From the IMG/VR virus record IMGVR_UViG_3300044796_000657, positions 248,001-312,000 of that record: a DNA stretch of 64,000 nucleotides; one strand, 5' to 3'. How positions within the stretch are numbered: position 1 is the stretch's first letter; the number at the start of each line of letters is the position of its first letter. Position numbers and translations under genes: made by a program. Shown in pieces: positions 37,075 to 46,701 of this stretch. Under the pieces are notes generated by a model. It had not been told where the DNA came from, ran no database searches, and saw nothing but the letters and a program-made list of their open reading frames with translations.

Positions 37075-37688
37075 GTAATTGGTTTTCCGTCTGGCGTTTG
37101 ACGACCAAAGTAGATTTCCCAAGACTTAATCTTGTGGTTGTTGCCCAACACTTCCATTCCCGGCTTCCTTGGAATCTTTATCAAATGCATGCCAGATTGC
37201 TGCAAGGTCTTATCGGCCTTTTTCTGGTTGCATTTGTAGCAAGCCGTTACACAGTTTTCCCAAGTCGATCCACCACCTTTAGAGCGGGGGATAACGTGGT
37301 CGATGGACAGGTCGCCACGTGGAGGGTGACAACCGCAGTATTGGCATTCATCGCAATCCCGTCTGAACACGTTTTTCCTGTTAAAGTTTAACTGGTTCTT
37401 TGGGATACGACCGTAGCGGCTCACGATGATGATTTCGGGAGCACGGTACACCTTTTCGCCGCACCCGTGGATGATGCCTTCATCCGGTCGGGTAGGCAAT
37501 TCGATCCATTCATCGAAGTCGTATGTACGGCTTTCGTAAACGTCCAAAATTTGGGCTTTGGTGTGTTTTTTATTGCGTTCATCGAACCAATCGTTAGAAA
37601 CCATCGTCAAGGCCCGGCGAACCGAAACCGTGTTAATTGGTATCCAGTAACGATTGAGAACGAGAGTAGGTTGGGTCAAGATGCTCAT
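37071..37688 (-). CDS. HNH endonuclease (McrA-like)
   Basis: LVLNR..IPI, RDCDECQYCG, IDHVIPRSKGG.STWENCVTACYKCNQKK. Confidence 0.9.
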   Translation of the reverse strand: MSILTQPTLVLNRYWIPINTVSVRRALTMVSNDWFDERNKKHTKAQILDVYESRTYDFDEWIELPTRPDEGIIHGCGEKVYRAPEIIIVSRYGRIPKNQLNFNRKNVFRRDCDECQYCGCHPPRGDLSIDHVIPRSKGGGSTWENCVTACYKCNQKKADKTLQQSGMHLIKIPRKPGMEVLGNNHKIKSWEIYFGRQTPDGKPIT

Positions 37689-37693
37689 GGTAA

Positions 37694-38206
37694 TTAATTA
37701 GTTTGGACTTCAAAACCTTTGAGTGAGTAAACGCCACGTTTGAGTTTAACAATGACTTTGCCTTCGCTAATCAGTTGTTTTTTGACACGTGCAAGGTGAT
37801 TGCAAAGTGCCGGTTTGGATAATGAGAAGTCTTTGAATTTATTTTCTAAATCCAAAAGCGATACTTCTCGTCCTGCTAGGAACTCTTGTCGTACGTGTGA
37901 CGAAAGGATGTCTGCTTGCGCAAGAATCTTCCGTCTCGTTCTTGAAGAAGAGTTGATTTCTCCTACGGGAGAGAGTTTAATTTCCACAACCTCATAGGAA
38001 CCCTTGTTGGGATTGCCATGATGATCGCAAATGGATCGAGCCAATTCTTGAAGACTTTGAATCTTGACGTTATTGGCTTTGACCACAGAGATTTCAGCCG
38101 AACAAGTACGAGCGAATTCAACCAATTGGGCGAAATGTGCTGCTTGTGTGAAGAATTCCCTGCTGTCGGCGGTTTTGAGCATTAGACAATTAATTGTTTC
38201 TGACAT
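37694..38206 (-). CDS. Hypothetical protein, possible C-terminal winged HTH
   Basis: C-terminus LSKPALCNHLARVKKQL...IVKLKRGVYSL. Confidence 0.4.
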   Translation of the reverse strand: MSETINCLMLKTADSREFFTQAAHFAQLVEFARTCSAEISVVKANNVKIQSLQELARSICDHHGNPNKGSYEVVEIKLSPVGEINSSSRTRRKILAQADILSSHVRQEFLAGREVSLLDLENKFKDFSLSKPALCNHLARVKKQLISEGKVIVKLKRGVYSLKGFEVQTN

Positions 38207-38326
38207 TGGTTACTCTAAATTATTGATGTGCCCTTATTATAAGGTGACAACCGCCAGATAAAAAGTGCTCTTCGTAATTTGTTTTGATTTGGTAATATCA
38301 GTAAGTGAATTCACGATACATCGGAG

Positions 38327-39373
38327 ATGGTTATGGGAGCGCCTGTGAACAAATTGCCTTACCTGTCGTTTTGCTCGGATCGCCGTTTCGGCATCGAGCT
38401 GGAGATTAACGCCTACGACGGGAAAAATCGTCCCGACCAAGGCCAAAAGGTCGCCGGGATTGACGACGTAGCTATGGTGGTTGCTGCCAGTAGCACGGAG
38501 GCGGTCGAAATTCGTGAGTGGGAACACACCCACAACAATGAAGTCTGGGTACTGAAACCCGACTCGTCTTGCGGCATGGAAGTTTGTACGCCCATCTACA
38601 AAGGGTGGCCGGGACTTCGCAAGGTCGTTCAAGTCGTGGAAGCCTTCAACAAATACCCCAAAGTTAAGGTCGATAATCGCTGTTCGGTACACGTCCACGT
38701 TGAAGTGGCCGATCTTACCACCGAACAAATCGGCAGCATTATCGCCCACTGGTTTAAAGTGGAACCCGTGTTTATGGACTCTGTGCCGCCTCACCGCAAG
38801 CGGAACCGGTATTGCCAATACATGGGCTTCAACAACCTCGTACAGACGGAAACCAAGCTCAACGCTGCCGATCTGATGAAGAAAGTGGGGAATGTTAAGT
38901 ATTATTCCCTCAACACCAACCAGATGATGAAAAACGGTCGCAAAACCGTTGAATTCCGCATCGTGGAAGGTGACGGCTGCAAAGACCCGTTCCTCATCAA
39001 GAATTGGACTCGCCTCCTGCTCCAATTCATTGAAATGGCAGCACGCCGTCCGCTACCTCCTGAATATGAAGAAGGTAATCCGTGGTCGTCGCTCTGCTGG
39101 TTGGAACCTTCGGACACATTCAAATTGCTCGGCTTTGATCCGAGTGAGTACGAATTGTCTCCCGGTCTCCAACAGACCCGCAACTGGTTCTTGGCTCGCC
39201 TTCAAAAGAACATGTCTCCGGACATTGGCGAAGGTTTCCGTCAATACGCCTACGAAAACCTACAGAAGATGCTGGCCGATTACAAAGAAATGGGTGTTGT
39301 TATTTGTCCCGAAAAGCACTTGTCGCCTACGGACTTGAAAGAAGCATTATACAAAGAAGAGTTAAGGGTATAA
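38327..39373 (+). CDS. Putative amidoligase (COOH-NH2 ligase)
   Basis: RFGIELE, WVLKPDSSC.MEVCTP, CSVHVHV, KYYSLN, TVEFR. Confidence 0.85.
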   Translation: MVMGAPVNKLPYLSFCSDRRFGIELEINAYDGKNRPDQGQKVAGIDDVAMVVAASSTEAVEIREWEHTHNNEVWVLKPDSSCGMEVCTPIYKGWPGLRKVVQVVEAFNKYPKVKVDNRCSVHVHVEVADLTTEQIGSIIAHWFKVEPVFMDSVPPHRKRNRYCQYMGFNNLVQTETKLNAADLMKKVGNVKYYSLNTNQMMKNGRKTVEFRIVEGDGCKDPFLIKNWTRLLLQFIEMAARRPLPPEYEEGNPWSSLCWLEPSDTFKLLGFDPSEYELSPGLQQTRNWFLARLQKNMSPDIGEGFRQYAYENLQKMLADYKEMGVVICPEKHLSPTDLKEALYKEELRV

Positions 39374-39376
39374 GGT

Positions 39377-39625
39377 ATGCAGAGAAATGTTTATGGCGAA
39401 GCATTTGTTATAATAATGGCAATTGCTATCATCGTTGATCTTTTGTTGGTAGGGTTGGGTCTTTCCAGTATTTCATGGCGAACATGGATGGCTACTCAGC
39501 ATCACCCCACATTAATTGCTGCTGGTACGCTGGCAACTGTGGGTATTTGCTACTTGATCAGATACTCATGGAAGTATGTGATGTTCATGGGGATTATGGG
39601 TGGTCATTTGTTTGTCCACTGGTAA
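39377..39625 (+). CDS. Small membrane protein
   Basis: Two to three hydrophobic segments in 82 aa. Confidence 0.5.
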   Translation: MQRNVYGEAFVIIMAIAIIVDLLLVGLGLSSISWRTWMATQHHPTLIAAGTLATVGICYLIRYSWKYVMFMGIMGGHLFVHW

Positions 39626-39640
39626 TTAACTTCTTGTGAG

Positions 39641-40231
39641 ATGATTATGTACGCTCTTCGTGATACACGCTCCGGAAGATTTCTAAAGAATTTTTCCGGA
39701 AGCTTCAGCAGATTTGAATGGTACGCCGGATACACTCTTGAGAAGGATTTGGGTCGAAAGCCCACCGTTGAAGAGTTGCATTCTACCTTGTGGTGCCAAG
39801 ATACGCCCAATGATGCAAAACTCTACAAAACGATTGGGGGAGTTAAGACAGCTCACCATAGCGTACGCAAAAACCCAATTGAAGGCAAGTCACCACGATA
39901 TGTGACGGTTCCACTCAATGAATCCTGTCCTTGGATGGAAATTGTGAAAGTGGAAGTTGCTGTTAAGCCCACTTCAAAAGATGCGTTTCTTTTGAAGGTT
40001 TTGGATGAAGCATGGAGCACCGTTACCAGTAACATAGTCCAAGATGGCTTGGCAGGGGCACATGACCGCATTGGGGGCATGACTTCCGAAGAAGTTAAGG
40101 TTCATTATCCCAAATACAATGAATCCTTTGATCCCAATCTCGTTGGCGATGATTTTAACGATGATGTCGCCGACCAAGTGATGAAAGATGTTGGCGATTT
40201 GTTGGAACGATTAAGGAAAGAAGCAGAATGA
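39641..40231 (+). CDS. Hypothetical protein
   Basis: 196-aa ORF. Confidence 0.5.
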   Translation: MIMYALRDTRSGRFLKNFSGSFSRFEWYAGYTLEKDLGRKPTVEELHSTLWCQDTPNDAKLYKTIGGVKTAHHSVRKNPIEGKSPRYVTVPLNESCPWMEIVKVEVAVKPTSKDAFLLKVLDEAWSTVTSNIVQDGLAGAHDRIGGMTSEEVKVHYPKYNESFDPNLVGDDFNDDVADQVMKDVGDLLERLRKEAE

Positions 40232-40689
40232 TTGATCTAAAAGAAACTGTGAGAGAGATGAAAGAGGTTGCGAAAAACCTCGTCTCTCGCAGTTTTCCTC
40301 TTGTTACGAGGGAAGAAGAAGTTGCTATTGCTGAGCTCAAAAAGAGAAAAGTGGTAGTTAATGGTTATCATATCGGATTGTATTACAACGAATGCCAGTA
40401 TGGAAAGTATTTGTTGAATTCGCTACAAGTTTTCGGTAGATCCCATCCTTATTTGCCGTTTGATCTAGTAACTGACGTAGCGGTTAGGTTTTTAGGCAAG
40501 CACAAACTTTCGCTCATAGAAGTTCCATACGAAGGTAAAAGTTCGACTAGAAAAATTTATGTTTGGACGGTATATTATGGTACCGAGTCAGTGGCGGTTG
40601 ATAATCCTTTTCATACAACATCCACCCCCGGTTCGTATGGCGACATCAAGTTTAATAAAATAAACTCACATGATGTTAAGTTTTTCTAA
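40228..40689 (+). CDS. Hypothetical protein
   Basis: 153 aa, ATGA coupling. Confidence 0.5.
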   Translation: MIDLKETVREMKEVAKNLVSRSFPLVTREEEVAIAELKKRKVVVNGYHIGLYYNECQYGKYLLNSLQVFGRSHPYLPFDLVTDVAVRFLGKHKLSLIEVPYEGKSSTRKIYVWTVYYGTESVAVDNPFHTTSTPGSYGDIKFNKINSHDVKFF

Positions 40690-41054
40690 TACAGGTCAGT
40701 GTATTTTTTGGATTTGACGACTACACCGGCAAAATCATTAACAATAGTTTTTCCGTCAAGCGTCAAAATTAATTCCAAGGTACCGGCAATATAAGAGTCT
40801 GTTTGAGGGACTGTGAAATTTACTAAAATTTCTAAACCTGAAGGATGCAAATTGGCTGTACCGACCTTGATACTCACTGCTCTCCTATGGTAAGATATGT
40901 CATCGATTTCCGTTTCGGAAAAGTTCTTATTTTTTACAAATTCTTTCACGAAATTGGTGAGAAGATGCACATCAATGAAGTCGGTCCAATTTTTGACTAA
41001 GAGTTTCCCCAAGTTATCACGTAGAAGCATAGGCGGTTTCCATGAAGGGCACAA
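40686..41054 (-). CDS. Hypothetical protein
   Basis: 122-aa ORF filling the gap. Confidence 0.4.
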   Translation of the reverse strand: MCPSWKPPMLLRDNLGKLLVKNWTDFIDVHLLTNFVKEFVKNKNFSETEIDDISYHRRAVSIKVGTANLHPSGLEILVNFTVPQTDSYIAGTLELILTLDGKTIVNDFAGVVVKSKKYTDLY

Positions 41055-41329
41055 AATTTACAGAAGTAGTTAAAGAGTACGGTCGCAAATTATCTGATGC
41101 GGATCTTCGTTATTTACTACAGAGATTTCATCAAAGAATCGGTGAAGACGTAGCCGAAGCAGTTGAATTTCTCCAAAAGAGCAGCGATATTGATAGTTGG
41201 TTGAGTACGGCAAAATCTGCTAATGATTTTTTCGACATGACTGATACAATTGATAATATCCTACAAGGCGAGTCACGCAAGAGGTTTAATTCTTATGACT
41301 CAAAGGACAAATACCGCTTGGGTACCTGA
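41042..41329 (+). CDS. Hypothetical protein
   Basis: 95-aa ORF. Confidence 0.5.
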   Translation: MKGTKFTEVVKEYGRKLSDADLRYLLQRFHQRIGEDVAEAVEFLQKSSDIDSWLSTAKSANDFFDMTDTIDNILQGESRKRFNSYDSKDKYRLGT

Positions 41330-42182
41330 GTTTATTGCTTGTACCTGTGGTATTGCGTATAAAATGAATACAGGTGCACACAAGTGTATGTGTGGTGTAC
41401 GAGTCTATACCGGGGACAAACCAGTGTTCAAGTGCTGCCCAGAATGCTCCAACCCTAAATACATTGCAGAGCGCAAATTTCATTGGTGCGGTGATGAAAC
41501 CAAGCAATGTACGACTTGTGGTTACGATTTAACCAAACGTCCAAAAATCATCAGTGAAGACGCCAGAATCAGCGGTAAGATTTCGTTGCCATTTAGCTTC
41601 AAAGGCTCGGATGGCAAGGCATACGAATTTCTAGGATGGGAAAAGAACGATCCGGAAACCAAACGGCTCGTTATCGTAGCAGCCGATGAAACTAAAACGG
41701 TTCTTAATCAAAAAAGTTCATCGGAATTGTTAAGTAGACTCAAGATCAATCCTTACACTGTTCCGATCAAACACAAACCACAACAACGCAAAATGTCCCC
41801 CAAAGAATGGGGCGAATATGAAAGATTCAAAGACACTCGCAGTCGTCTGGAAGACATGACGGGCGAGTTGTTGTTGTGTTGGCGCAACCACTTGGAATAC
41901 ATCAGGGATGAACTTGGTCATTACGATGAAGATGAAACCATCGATGAAATGACGGAAATGTGTCGTACTCTGCCACGACTAATGATGTTTATTAGAACAT
42001 CGCATTTTCCAGCGATGGAAATGGATGACGACGAATTTACGGATCGCCAACGAATGTACGACGAGGATGACATCGAAAGTCGTACACAATACTATCACGC
42101 TTATAAACCAACCGAATACATAGAACAAAAACCCAAGAAGGTTCATGTGACTATACAGGATATTTCGGACGGGCAACTTTAA
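41295..42182 (+). CDS. Protein with N-terminal Cys-rich zinc ribbons and an acidic C-terminus
   Basis: CTCG, CMCG, CPEC, CTTCG; start uncertain (ORF track gives 41250). Confidence 0.5.
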   Translation: MTQRTNTAWVPEFIACTCGIAYKMNTGAHKCMCGVRVYTGDKPVFKCCPECSNPKYIAERKFHWCGDETKQCTTCGYDLTKRPKIISEDARISGKISLPFSFKGSDGKAYEFLGWEKNDPETKRLVIVAADETKTVLNQKSSSELLSRLKINPYTVPIKHKPQQRKMSPKEWGEYERFKDTRSRLEDMTGELLLCWRNHLEYIRDELGHYDEDETIDEMTEMCRTLPRLMMFIRTSHFPAMEMDDDEFTDRQRMYDEDDIESRTQYYHAYKPTEYIEQKPKKVHVTIQDISDGQL

Positions 42183-42197
42183 CAACCTGAAAGTAAA

Positions 42198-42224
42198 GAG
42201 CGGATTTTATCCGCTCATTTTTTT
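42198..42224 (+). terminator. Intrinsic terminator
   Basis: GAGCGGAT-TTT-ATCCGCTC followed by a T-tract. Confidence 0.7.
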
Positions 42225-42226
42225 AC

Positions 42227-44251
42227 ATGACAATCAAAAAATCTCTTGAATATATCTACGAATCGTCCGATCTCAAGCTGACAGCAGATTATCCTTACGC
42301 TAAATTTCCTTTTGAGAAGTTTAATCCTGTTCAAACCGGATTGCTGAAAACTTACGAACAAGATACCAACTGTATCGTAGCTGCTTCAACATCTGCCGGT
42401 AAAACCGTTTGCTTTGAAATCTACGCCAGTCACACCATCCGAAAACACGGTAAGAAGGCCATCTACCTATCACCGTTAAAGTCCCTCTCACAAGAGAAGT
42501 ACGACGATTGGACAGATCCAAGCCACCATTTCTCGGACTTGAAAGTTGCTATCTGTACAGGTGATTACCGAATGACACCGGCACGGAAGCAAGAGTTGGA
42601 TGAAGCAAATATCATCATCATGACGAGCGAAATGCTTAATTCAATGTCCCGTAACTTCTTCTCAGAAAAGAACAAGTTTTTGTCGGATGTCGGATTGGTA
42701 GGAATTGACGAATCCCACTTGTTGGGCGTTGTCGGTCGGGGCGGTCACTTGGAATCGGGAATTATTAAGTTCACGGAATCCAACCCCGAAGCCAGACTCC
42801 TTCTCCTTAGCGCCACCATGCCCAATGTTGATGAAATAGGTAAGTGGATCAATAGCCTTAACGATAAAACAACGTTATTGTTGGAATCAGATTATCGTCC
42901 CTGTAAGTTGAATATCCACTACGAACGATACTACAACTTAAATTATGGATATGATGCAGGCGAAGAACAGAAGGTTGCTTTAACGATTAAACTTCTCAAA
43001 AAGTATCCCAACGACAAATTCATTTGCTTTGTTCACACAAAGAGAACAGGCGAACTTTTACAGGGCAAACTCAATGCGGCCAAGATCAGCAACCATTTTC
43101 ACAATGCCAATTTAGAAAAAAATGAGCGAGTGAAAATTGAGCGGCAGTTTAGAGAAAATCCCGATTTGCGGGTGATTGTAGCTACGAGTGGTTTGGCTCA
43201 AGGTTTGAACATGCCAGCCCGTAGAATTGTGATCGTTGGCATCCACAGAGGTATGACCGAAGTGGATACCCATGAGATTGTACAGGAATGCGGTCGTGCT
43301 GGTCGTCCGCAATACGATCCCGAAGGCGATGCTTATGTACTCGTACCATCTTCGCATTTCGCCGAACACGTAGCCCGTTTGACTGAGCCTCAATTGATCA
43401 AGAGTCAAATGCAGGATTTCAAGACTTTGGCCTTCCACCTTGTCAGCGAAATCCACCACAAGAGCATTACGAACATGGATGATGTTCACAAGTGGTACAG
43501 TCGTACATTGGCCCACTTCCAACAAAAAGACCTTGATGAAGAAGATGTTCGTGGTATAATTAAAAACTTAGTGATGTGCGGTTGCGTGAGGGAAGAAGAT
43601 GGACAATACGTTACTACGACTGCCGGTACAGTTGCCAGCATGTTCTACTATTCGCCTTATGACGTTGCCGATCTAAGTCGCAATTTCACAAGACTCTTCC
43701 AAAACAATCTAGCCGATAACGATGTCGCTGTTTGTATGGCATTGGCTAATTTGGACGGATACAGAAATGGAATTGTTAATAAGGCCGAACAGTATGAAAT
43801 GGAAACGTTCGGGAGATTGATAACCGGCTCAATTACTAGAGCACTTTCTCCGAAGGTTGATTTTACCCCGGCAACAATCAAAACGGCTTATTGTTACCAT
43901 CTCCTCATGAAAGGGGAGCATTCGGTAGCAATGAACAATACGATGCGAACCCTTCAAATGGACTTCGGTCGTGCTTCGGAAGTTTTGTCGGCGCTGGATA
44001 GCATGGGCAGCAAGTGGGATGAAGCGGAATTCTTTAAGCTCATGAAATTGCGTGTGTCTTACGGTGTGCCTATTGAGATGGTGGAATTGTGTCAGATCAA
44101 GGGAATTGGAAAAGCCAAGGCGAAGAAGTTGTACGCTATGGGAATGCGGACACCGAATGAAGTCAACGATGTGGTTAAGGTTATTAAGGCTTTGAATTGT
44201 TCAAAGAAGGTTGCGGAAGATACCATAGCAAACGCTAAAACAATCAAATAA
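42227..44251 (+). CDS. Ski2/Hel308-like SF2 helicase
   Basis: FNPVQ, ASTSAGKT, SPLKSLSQEKY, IDESH, LSATMPN, YRPCKL, GLNMPA, QECGRAGRPQYD, HhH IKGIGKAKAKKLY. Confidence 0.9.
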   Translation: MTIKKSLEYIYESSDLKLTADYPYAKFPFEKFNPVQTGLLKTYEQDTNCIVAASTSAGKTVCFEIYASHTIRKHGKKAIYLSPLKSLSQEKYDDWTDPSHHFSDLKVAICTGDYRMTPARKQELDEANIIIMTSEMLNSMSRNFFSEKNKFLSDVGLVGIDESHLLGVVGRGGHLESGIIKFTESNPEARLLLLSATMPNVDEIGKWINSLNDKTTLLLESDYRPCKLNIHYERYYNLNYGYDAGEEQKVALTIKLLKKYPNDKFICFVHTKRTGELLQGKLNAAKISNHFHNANLEKNERVKIERQFRENPDLRVIVATSGLAQGLNMPARRIVIVGIHRGMTEVDTHEIVQECGRAGRPQYDPEGDAYVLVPSSHFAEHVARLTEPQLIKSQMQDFKTLAFHLVSEIHHKSITNMDDVHKWYSRTLAHFQQKDLDEEDVRGIIKNLVMCGCVREEDGQYVTTTAGTVASMFYYSPYDVADLSRNFTRLFQNNLADNDVAVCMALANLDGYRNGIVNKAEQYEMETFGRLITGSITRALSPKVDFTPATIKTAYCYHLLMKGEHSVAMNNTMRTLQMDFGRASEVLSALDSMGSKWDEAEFFKLMKLRVSYGVPIEMVELCQIKGIGKAKAKKLYAMGMRTPNEVNDVVKVIKALNCSKKVAEDTIANAKTIK

Positions 44252-44262
44252 GGATTATACCA

Positions 44263-44487
44263 ATGAATTCGATCAAACCGTGCAAGTGTGAAACGAACGC
44301 CATCATTTTCCAATTGGATCGTGAAATTAACACGATGGTGTGTTTGCGGTGTAAGACGCCGTACAAAATCAAACAAACAGAACCCTTTAGTATGCAAATG
44401 CCGATAAGGGTACAGATGAATTTCAGACACGAAGCTGAAATCGTCCCGAAGTATTCAGTAAATCAATTGACAAAGGAACCTCATTAA
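44263..44487 (+). CDS. Small zinc-ribbon protein
   Basis: CKC...CLRC. Confidence 0.45.
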   Translation: MNSIKPCKCETNAIIFQLDREINTMVCLRCKTPYKIKQTEPFSMQMPIRVQMNFRHEAEIVPKYSVNQLTKEPH

Positions 44488-44499
44488 AGGTATACTGCT

Positions 44500-44763
44500 A
44501 TGAGTAAGCACATAGGACGCAAGGAACGATGGGTTAATGGGGGCAACTGCCACACGACCTTTAATGGATACATCCAAAGGAATTATCGTGGTTGGTGGAA
44601 TGGATACGCAGTTTATCAAAAGAGGATGAAAAAGAATTCCACCCTTGTTAAACAATATGACATGGTCGGTGAGTTCAAGCGACCGGAACAAGCCAAGATG
44701 GTTGTTGAAGATCGTTTGAAGTTGCTGAGAGCCACTATCAAGCCAACCATGATTCTTTTCTAG
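44500..44763 (+). CDS. Hypothetical protein
   Basis: 87-aa ORF. Confidence 0.45.
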   Translation: MSKHIGRKERWVNGGNCHTTFNGYIQRNYRGWWNGYAVYQKRMKKNSTLVKQYDMVGEFKRPEQAKMVVEDRLKLLRATIKPTMILF

Positions 44764-44764
44764 G

Positions 44765-45001
44765 ATGAATGTAATGAAGGAACTACCTCTCAAAGATGTT
44801 GCTTCTTTTGTTCTATCAGACCTAGAAGTAGTACAAAGAGAATTGGATAAGCTGCGTAGTTTTATCAAAGAAGCAGGAGCTTATGAATTTCCAAAAGATT
44901 CCCCGGAAATAATGTCCTACAGGGCAAATTTGTCCGGGCTTTTGGAGACTTCGCACGCAATTAAAGGTCTTCATCAAATTCTTTTCAAAGGGAACAGATG
45001 A
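44765..45001 (+). CDS. Hypothetical protein
   Basis: 78-aa ORF, coupled. Confidence 0.45.
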   Translation: MNVMKELPLKDVASFVLSDLEVVQRELDKLRSFIKEAGAYEFPKDSPEIMSYRANLSGLLETSHAIKGLHQILFKGNR

Positions 45002-45558
45002 TCAAGATTGACAAGCATTTGATGGTGTCACAGGAGTGGCTTCGCAATACCAGTCAAATAGTCAATATGGTTAACTTCGTTAAAGACGGCGGATTTTGGA
45101 CGAAAGAGGCTTTGAAGGAATGGGCGGCTGTTAATAAACTCTCCCGTGTCAGTCCTCTCATCCAAATCACCCAATTTCCTGACGAGCAAAGAATGATACA
45201 AGACGGCCACCACCGTCTTGTATCCACCGTCATCGCCGGTCGTGACTACATCAAAGACGAAGAATTTGAAATCCAGTACTGGACTTATGATGAGTATCTG
45301 GAAATCAACATTGCCAATGGTTGGTACACTCCTTACGATCCCTGTAAGGAAGTCAGACTTAACGACATAGGTGCCTTTAAGGCCGAGGTTCGTCGTTTAC
45401 TGCAGATCGCACGGGACAAAAAAGAATCGGCTTATCTGCTGAAAGCCCTAAATTACATCGATCAAAACCGATCCATGTACGCTATTCCTAGACGCATTAC
45501 AACCGTCCAAGAATTGTGTGCGGAAATTCTGAAATCATCCAAGGAGTTGTTAAAGTGA
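44998..45558 (+). CDS. ParB/Srx-like domain protein
   Basis: PLIQI......MIQDGHHRL. Confidence 0.55.
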   Translation: MIKIDKHLMVSQEWLRNTSQIVNMVNFVKDGGFWTKEALKEWAAVNKLSRVSPLIQITQFPDEQRMIQDGHHRLVSTVIAGRDYIKDEEFEIQYWTYDEYLEINIANGWYTPYDPCKEVRLNDIGAFKAEVRRLLQIARDKKESAYLLKALNYIDQNRSMYAIPRRITTVQELCAEILKSSKELLK

Positions 45559-46226
45559 AAAAGCTTCCCGAAAAATACGTGCTTGAAGTTACCCCGCAAG
45601 GTTGCGGTCAACTGTTCGACGAACATGGTATTCCTACCATTCAGGAAGGCCGATTGAAGGAATTTCCTGAAACCATCGCCCTCGTTGTGTTCACAGGCGG
45701 GCATGATGTTTCGCCATCGCTTTACGGTGAACCCACAGGCCGGTACACTCACGCAAGTATGGCTCGTGACATCCACGAAGGCAAGATGTTCGATCTCGCC
45801 CTGAAACATAAGATTCCGATGGTTGGGATTTGTCGGGGCAGTCAATTTCTCTGTGTGAAAGCAGGCGGAAAGCTCGCCCAAGACATTAACAACCACAGCG
45901 GTGTTCATACCTTCCGAACCAACGATGGGCGACTTCTCAAGTGTAACAGTTCCCACCACCAAATGCAATTGCCGCCAAAAGATGCGATCCCGCTCGGTTG
46001 GGCAGAACCCCGCATCAGCTATGATCGGATTACCGAAAAGCTGCACTATCTCAACGGCCACAATCAGCAAATCGAAGTTCCGGAAGAATACGAAGTCGTA
46101 TACTACCCGAACATTAACGCCGTTGGGGTGCAATTCCACCCTGAGTGGAGCTCCTGTCCGGCAACTGGTATCGAATTTGCGAAAGAAGTGGTGAACAAGT
46201 ACCTCTTCAACATGGATAAAAAATGA
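45555..46226 (+). CDS. Class I glutamine amidotransferase / peptidase C26
   Basis: FTGGHDVSPSLYGE, GICRGSQ, NSSHHQ, GVQFHPE; GTG start after AAGGAG. Confidence 0.9.
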   Translation: MKKLPEKYVLEVTPQGCGQLFDEHGIPTIQEGRLKEFPETIALVVFTGGHDVSPSLYGEPTGRYTHASMARDIHEGKMFDLALKHKIPMVGICRGSQFLCVKAGGKLAQDINNHSGVHTFRTNDGRLLKCNSSHHQMQLPPKDAIPLGWAEPRISYDRITEKLHYLNGHNQQIEVPEEYEVVYYPNINAVGVQFHPEWSSCPATGIEFAKEVVNKYLFNMDKK

Positions 46227-46261
46227 GAGACGTTTACTTCAACCGTTTATAGGGGCTAGTC

Positions 46262-46582
46262 ATGCGACGTTTAACGGCACTACTATTCGTTGGTTTTTGT
46301 TTGTTTCTCATGGGTACGATGTACCGGGCGAGTCTTCACGATGCGACTCCATCTGCAAACCAACTAATAATGCCTACAATCAAATCCGAACATCAAGCTT
46401 ATGCGGAACGGACGGAAGAAAAGTTGAAGGCATTGCCGCCGAATGCTGAGTTGTTGAAAAGCGGTGATTTCGATTGGTGGGAAATTGAAATTGAAGGAAA
46501 TCGGTATTTGGCCCGTTGGAGAACTGTGTATGGCACTCGCTTTGGCGATTGGGAATTGACGCCATTTCCGAAGAAGGACTGA
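46262..46582 (+). CDS. Secreted or membrane-anchored hypothetical protein
   Basis: MRR plus a hydrophobic N-terminal helix. Confidence 0.5.
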   Translation: MRRLTALLFVGFCLFLMGTMYRASLHDATPSANQLIMPTIKSEHQAYAERTEEKLKALPPNAELLKSGDFDWWEIEIEGNRYLARWRTVYGTRFGDWELTPFPKKD

Positions 46583-46701
46583 GGTCGCTTTGCCTATATA
46601 TGGGTATCGTACAGCGGACTTGCCGACTATTGCTATCTAAACAAGCAAAATATATCATAAGTCCTCAGTCAAGAAATTTAAAAAAATGATTATCTTAGCA
46701 G

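Noticed and set aside
38237-39025. 262-aa minus-strand ORF
   Set aside because: Antisense shadow of the amidoligase gene; it has no motifs and is expected from NNC-rich codon bias on the plus strand.
45462-46139. 225-aa minus-strand ORF
   Set aside because: Antisense shadow of the GATase gene, for the same reason.
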